Positions 7,580 to 11,279 of a DNA stretch of 11,279 nt are shown here, piece by piece. The position numbers were made by a program, and so were the translations under genes. The stretch lies in the UHGV virus genome UHGV-0098134; one strand, given 5' to 3'. Within the stretch, counting starts at the first letter, position 1. The number at the start of each line of letters is the position of its first letter. The notes below the pieces were generated by a model. That model saw only the letters and a program-made list of their open reading frames with translations, made no database searches and was not told the origin of the DNA. The DNA comes from a virus.

Positions 7580-9160
7580 ATGGCAAGTGAATTTTTTACA
7601 ATATTAACTGCTGCTGGCAAAGCCAAAATTGCCTCAGCACTGGCCGAGCAAAAACAGATCCGTCTGCAAACTATGGTAGTTGGCGACGGTAATGGTAAAT
7701 ATATCGAACCGACAGAAAGTCAGACCAAAGTAGTCCATGAGGTCTGGCGTGGTCAGCTCAATACATTAAAAATTGCGCCAGATAATCCGGCCTGGGTTAT
7801 CGCAGAAGCGATTATTCCCGAACAAGTCGGAGGCTGGTATGTACGCGAAGTTGGGTTACTGGATACCGACGGCACGCTGGTCGCTATTGGTAAATTTCCG
7901 GAAACCTATAAGCCACGATTACCTGCGGGGGCCAGTAAGCAAATCGTTATACGCGCGGTCATGGAAGTCACCAATACAGACGCGGTGACGCTTTTGATCG
8001 ACCCTTCAGTCGTTGTGGCAACCAGGGAATATGTCGATGATGCGTTGAAAACACATCAGCAATCACGAAATCATCCTGATGCGACGCTGACACAAAAAGG
8101 TTTTACGCAGCTCAGTAATGCAACTAATAGCGATGATGAGACTAAAGCAGCCACGCCAAAAGCGGTAAAAACGGCATATGACCTGGCAAATAGCAAAGCC
8201 GCAACCAGTCATACTCATGCCTGGAATCAGATTACTGGTATCCCTGATGGTACACTGACGCAGAAAGGAGTCGTTAAACTTAACAACACAACAAATAGCA
8301 CCAGTACAACGGAAGCTGCAACGCCAAGTGCTGTTAAAGCAGCGATGGACAAGGCTATTGCTGCGGCACCGTCCAGCCATACCCATGCCTGGGGGCAAAT
8401 AACAGGTATCCCCGACGGTACGCTGACACAAAAAGGGGTCGTGAAACTTAATAATGCGACCAACAGCACCAGTACGACGGAAGCTGCAACGCCGAACGCG
8501 GTTAAGGCAGCGATGGATAAGGCTATTGCTGCGGAAAGCTGTCCTGTAGGGATGCCTATACCCTGGCCATCTGATTCTGTACCTTCAGGCTACGCTCTGA
8601 TGACTGGTCAGACATTTAATAAAACCTCCTATCCCAAACTGGCAATTGCATATCCATCTGGCGTTATTCCTGATATGCGCGGATGGATAATTAAAGGAAA
8701 ACCATCCAGTGGGCGCGCTATATTATCTACTGAACTGGATGGAGTTAAATCACATAACCATACGGGCAGTATTTCTAGTACCAATTTAGGGACAATAACA
8801 TCTACCTCTACGGACTTAGGAACAAAAACTACAGCTTCATTTAATCATGGAAGTAGAAATACAAGCACATCTGGAGAACATACACACCGAATACCAACTG
8901 ATGGTGCAGAAGGTAAAGATGGACCGTCTTTATGGAACAGCCCCAATTCAGATGAGAACTACAGAGAACCTACTGAGTCTGCTGGTAGTCATTATCATAG
9001 TATTACGATTGGCGCCCATGCACATACAATCGCACTGGGAAGTCATACACATAATATTGTGTTAGGTACACATAATCACTCAATTATCATCAATAACACT
9101 GGCAATACAGAAAATACTGTTAAAAACATTGCATTCAATTATATTGTGAGGCTTGCATGA
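7580..9160 (+). CDS. tail fibre protein (P2 gpH/Mu S-like N-terminus, lambda Stf-like C-terminal tip)
   Basis: The N-terminus [18 protein letters not shown]...VGDGNG...EVWRG is the conserved baseplate-attachment domain of P2/Mu-type fibres. The middle carries phage tail-fibre repeats (TLTQKG..L.NATNS...AATP.AVK). The C-terminus (PIPWPSD.VPSGY.LM.GQ.F.K..YPKLA.AYPSG..PDMRGW.IKGKP...HxH...[18 protein letters not shown]) closely matches the lambda Stf C-terminus as recalled. Start chosen at ATG 7580 (GGAG at 7571-7574), while the ORF track extends in frame to 7457 inside gpI. Confidence 0.9.
   Translation: MASEFFTILTAAGKAKIASALAEQKQIRLQTMVVGDGNGKYIEPTESQTKVVHEVWRGQLNTLKIAPDNPAWVIAEAIIPEQVGGWYVREVGLLDTDGTLVAIGKFPETYKPRLPAGASKQIVIRAVMEVTNTDAVTLLIDPSVVVATREYVDDALKTHQQSRNHPDATLTQKGFTQLSNATNSDDETKAATPKAVKTAYDLANSKAATSHTHAWNQITGIPDGTLTQKGVVKLNNTTNSTSTTEAATPSAVKAAMDKAIAAAPSSHTHAWGQITGIPDGTLTQKGVVKLNNATNSTSTTEAATPNAVKAAMDKAIAAESCPVGMPIPWPSDSVPSGYALMTGQTFNKTSYPKLAIAYPSGVIPDMRGWIIKGKPSSGRAILSTELDGVKSHNHTGSISSTNLGTITSTSTDLGTKTTASFNHGSRNTSTSGEHTHRIPTDGAEGKDGPSLWNSPNSDENYREPTESAGSHYHSITIGAHAHTIALGSHTHNIVLGTHNHSIIINNTGNTENTVKNIAFNYIVRLA
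8210..8545 (+). repeat. in-frame tandem duplication (2 x 168 bp) of the tail-fibre repeat unit
   Basis: Two consecutive 56-codon units, both beginning CAT AC[T/C] CAT GCC TGG (8210 and 8378). They encode nearly identical peptides (HTHAW[N/G][20 protein letters not shown][T/A][12 protein letters not shown][S/N][12 protein letters not shown]..) but differ at many synonymous sites. A more diverged third copy lies upstream at about 8078-8209. Confidence 0.75.
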
Positions 9161-9864
9161 ATACTTTTACTTTTTCCGATAACGCACAAATTTTATCTGT
9201 TTTTAATTTTTCACCAGACACACAAGAATTTATTGGTGAGTCCAATGTATATATAGCACCAAACACTGGACTACCGAATTACTGCACATTAACACCACCA
9301 CCACAAAAAATTGCAGGTTTTACTTCTATATGGTCAATTAATAAATGGGAACTTATTGAAGATCATCGAGGCCAAACTGTTTATAACAAAGTTGATGGCA
9401 GCCAGATTATTATTAATAAATTGGGTCAATTGCCTGAAACTGTCACCATCATTTCCCCTACCAGTACTTTTGAGCGTTGGGATGGCGAAAAATGGCAGCC
9501 ATCAATTGATGATGCTAAACAGGCGAAATGTGCCGAAATCAAAACATTGCGCGACTCCATCACTACCGACTACATCATCATCAACGACAATTACTTCCAC
9601 AGTGATACAAGCAGCCGCATCCAACAACTCTCACTCACAAAAATGGGAGCGGAGAAAAAAATTCCGCCAGGTTTAATGTGGAAAACTAAAAATAATGGTC
9701 TGACTGAGTTAACCAACGAAATCGCTGCCCAGTTTGAATCCGTCACAATGGATCACGATATACGCTTGTTTGCCAACGCCCAACGCCATATCGCGGCGGT
9801 GGAAGCTCTGGACGATATTCAGTCGGTACTCGACTACGATTATTCAACAGGCTGGCAACCATGA
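9157..9864 (+). CDS. tail fibre assembly chaperone (Tfa; lambda Tfa-like N-terminal domain)
   Basis: 235-aa ORF. The N-terminal region ([17 protein letters not shown]...[11 protein letters not shown]) matches the conserved Tfa N-terminal domain as recalled from lambda Tfa (FIGEGDAYIPPHTGLP...LVEDHRGKTVY). ATG 9157 overlaps the fibre stop (ATGA). Confidence 0.85.
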   Translation: MNTFTFSDNAQILSVFNFSPDTQEFIGESNVYIAPNTGLPNYCTLTPPPQKIAGFTSIWSINKWELIEDHRGQTVYNKVDGSQIIINKLGQLPETVTIISPTSTFERWDGEKWQPSIDDAKQAKCAEIKTLRDSITTDYIIINDNYFHSDTSSRIQQLSLTKMGAEKKIPPGLMWKTKNNGLTELTNEIAAQFESVTMDHDIRLFANAQRHIAAVEALDDIQSVLDYDYSTGWQP

Positions 9865-10316
9865 GTAAAACTACAGTCTGGCTCGCTTGCTATAAAGGGC
9901 GAACAGAGCACCGGGTTATTGCGAGACTGGCTGACTGGCTTACACGCAAAATCACTCGCGGCAGTTATTCCCACTGTGAATTAGCCGTAGCACATGGAGA
10001 AAAGAGTTACCTTTGTTACTCCGCCTCTCTGCGCGATCGAGGCGTTCGTGGAAAGATAATGCCTTTACCGCCAGACAAGTGGGATATGCTGCCGCTCCAG
10101 GTCAGCCTTCAGGATGTAGAAGCGTTTTTCCGTAAACATGATGGCAAAAAATACGACTGGCGTGGAGCCTTAGGAATTATCACCGGCAATAAAGAACAGC
10201 GCGATCGCCTGTTTTGTAGCGAATTTTGTGCCGAATTTCTGCAATTAAAAGAAAGTTGGCGCTATTCCCCAAACCACTTGTACGCTTTAGTTAACAGTTG
10301 GCAATATCAACCATAA
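9861..10316 (+). CDS. hypothetical protein; possible permuted papain-like (LRAT/NlpC-P60-type) Cys/His enzyme
   Basis: 151-aa ORF translationally coupled to Tfa (ATGA overlap at 9861-9864), with host-like GC. The motifs GSYSHCELAVAHG (His) and, about 80 residues later, LFCSEFCAEF (Cys) resemble the YxHWAxY ... NCEHF arrangement of LRAT-like thiol acyltransferases/hydrolases. The family assignment is tentative. Confidence 0.55.
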   Translation: MSKTTVWLACYKGRTEHRVIARLADWLTRKITRGSYSHCELAVAHGEKSYLCYSASLRDRGVRGKIMPLPPDKWDMLPLQVSLQDVEAFFRKHDGKKYDWRGALGIITGNKEQRDRLFCSEFCAEFLQLKESWRYSPNHLYALVNSWQYQP

Positions 10317-10321
10317 ACTAC

Positions 10322-10346
10322 GCCGGGCTTCAAGCCCGGCTTTAAT
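10322..10346 (+). terminator. putative intrinsic terminator after the tail-fibre operon
   Basis: GC-rich perfect inverted repeat GCCGGGC (10322-10328) / GCCCGGC (10334-10340) with loop TTCAA, followed by TTTAAT. The U-tract is short, so it is marginal. Starts 6 nt after the TAA of the 151-aa ORF. Confidence 0.45.
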
Positions 10347-10460
10347 CAGGCTGTATATTCCATCACAAACAAAGCACATGATTATAAATATTCACAGTAA
10401 TTATATTTCCATATTAACCATCCACTGAGTGAATATAGAAGAATTTAAATACAATAACTA

Positions 10461-10488
10461 TTGCATTGTAAATTACATCAAATATAGT
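10461..10488 (+). promoter_or_regulatory. candidate sigma70-type promoter for the downstream low-GC gene
   Basis: TTGCAT (10461-10466), a 16-bp spacer, then TATAGT (10483-10488), about 40 nt upstream of ATG 10530 with AGGGA as a possible RBS. The region is very AT-rich, so chance matches are likely. Confidence 0.3.
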
Positions 10489-10529
10489 TCACTACTTATA
10501 TATTTTGCTAATCGCTACAGGGAAATTAC

Positions 10530-11258
10530 ATGTTTATTGTCTCAGTTCTCAGACAAAGTAAGGATTTCACTATTAAACATGCACAATGGCTTCACCAGCA
10601 GCTGGATGGGTATAATTCCATTTGCATGACGGATGCTTCAGAAATCAAAGGGGTTCAAACCACTCCATTACTGTATAATTGGCCAGGATGGTGGGCAAAA
10701 TTAGAGCTATTTAATCCCGAACATCCTGTTATCGGGAATGAAGATATACTTTATATTGATATTGATACTGTAATCGTCGGTGATATTACACAGTTTACTA
10801 AAATGAAAAAAGTAACATTACTGAACGACTTCTCGCAGCATGGTTCCAATGCTGCTCCTGCGACTGGAATAATGTTCATTCCTGCGGACGCCAAAAAACT
10901 TGTCTGGGAAGAGTTTATGAGATCGCCTGAAACTGAAATAAATTCAACCAGAAAGCCGCCATATCATGGGGATCAGGGATTTATCGGCAGAGTATGTCAT
11001 GACGCTGAAAGATGGCAGGATATTTTTCCAGGACAAATTATCAGTTACAAAGCGAATATAGCGACGCCTAAAATGATAGGCTTTAATCCTGACTTACACG
11101 ATGGTAAAGCAAACGGAGAATTGCCATCGGATGCAAAAATTGTATGTTTTCACGGTTCACCTCGTCCCTGGAACACAGCTCTCCACTGGGTTCCAGGTTT
11201 CAGCATAAAAAACACACTCTGCAGCAAATTTAAACAGCTCAAATATTCTCTTCGGTAA
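10530..11258 (+). CDS. putative nucleotide-sugar glycosyltransferase (GT-A fold, GT8-like motifs); low-GC cargo/moron gene
   Basis: 242-aa ORF with clearly lower GC than the tail genes. Motifs line up with GT8 enzymes such as LgtC and glycogenin as recalled: WAKLELF...EDILYIDIDTVIVGDI (hydrophobic strand plus DxD), GDQGFIG (compare QDQDILN), and C-terminal KIVCFHGSPRPW (compare HxxGxxKPW). Separated from the tail operon by a terminator and an AT-rich promoter-like region. Confidence 0.5.
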   Translation: MFIVSVLRQSKDFTIKHAQWLHQQLDGYNSICMTDASEIKGVQTTPLLYNWPGWWAKLELFNPEHPVIGNEDILYIDIDTVIVGDITQFTKMKKVTLLNDFSQHGSNAAPATGIMFIPADAKKLVWEEFMRSPETEINSTRKPPYHGDQGFIGRVCHDAERWQDIFPGQIISYKANIATPKMIGFNPDLHDGKANGELPSDAKIVCFHGSPRPWNTALHWVPGFSIKNTLCSKFKQLKYSLR

Positions 11259-11279
11259 AAAACTTTTTTATTGGAAGGG

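Noticed and set aside
8063-8469. Minus-strand ORFs (122 aa, 80 aa) and apparent repeated DNA within the fibre gene, considered as a possible CRISPR-like array or independent genes
   Set aside because: The repeats are in-frame coding duplications of the fibre repeat (168-bp units with no spacers). The antisense ORFs are artefacts of that repetition.
9311-9676. Alternative-frame plus-strand ORFs inside annotated genes (3373-3567, 5489-5671, 6300-6482, 7773-7988, 8847-9065, 9311-9676)
   Set aside because: Each is wholly embedded in a longer ORF with clear family resemblance, and none has its own RBS or a recognisable product.
7580-10320. Possible invertible fibre segment (Gin/Pin/Cin-type host-range switch) as in Mu, P1 and e14
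   Set aside because: There is no inverted alternative fibre-tip or Tfa gene on the minus strand and no invertase gene in the window. The downstream genes are co-directional and coupled.
10341-10529. AT-rich intergenic region considered as a prophage attachment site, tRNA fragment or small RNA
   Set aside because: No cloverleaf-compatible sequence, no direct repeats matching elsewhere in the window and no integrase nearby. It is better explained as the promoter/leader of the low-GC cargo gene.
10429-10629. 66-aa ORF spanning the AT-rich leader and the start of the glycosyltransferase gene
   Set aside because: It overlaps the likely promoter, RBS and 5' end of the 242-aa gene in another frame. 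Its AT-rich low-complexity translation (Ile/Asn/Tyr-rich) is typical of non-coding AT-rich DNA.

Overview
The window is almost entirely one co-directional (+ strand) block of a contractile-tail phage or tailocin: tape measure, then baseplate genes (gpU-, gpX-, gpD-, gpV-, gpW-, gpJ-, gpI-like), then a tail fibre and its assembly chaperone. Gene order is T-U-X-D-V-W-J-I-H-G, the Mu/SfV-type permutation of the P2 tail module. Neighbouring genes mostly overlap by 1-13 nt (TGATG/ATGA junctions), indicating translational coupling. All calls rest on reading the ORF translations against remembered family motifs; no searches were run. Three things stand out. (1) The baseplate J gene is interrupted by a frameshift near 6050-6075. 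(2) The tail fibre is a mosaic: a P2 gpH/Mu S-like N-terminus, three tandem fibre repeats, and a lambda Stf-like C-terminal tip with HxH motifs, with an AT-rich patch suggesting module exchange. (3) Downstream of the fibre chaperone sits a two-gene cargo region. A 151-aa Cys/His protein is translationally coupled to the chaperone, followed by a hairpin terminator and an AT-rich promoter region. The last gene is a low-GC 242-aa protein with GT8-like glycosyltransferase motifs (DxD, QDxD-like, HxGxx[K/R]PW-like). That pair is the best candidate for an undescribed envelope-modifying, lysogenic-conversion or exclusion function. No rRNA, tRNA, CRISPR array, integrase or transposase was seen.
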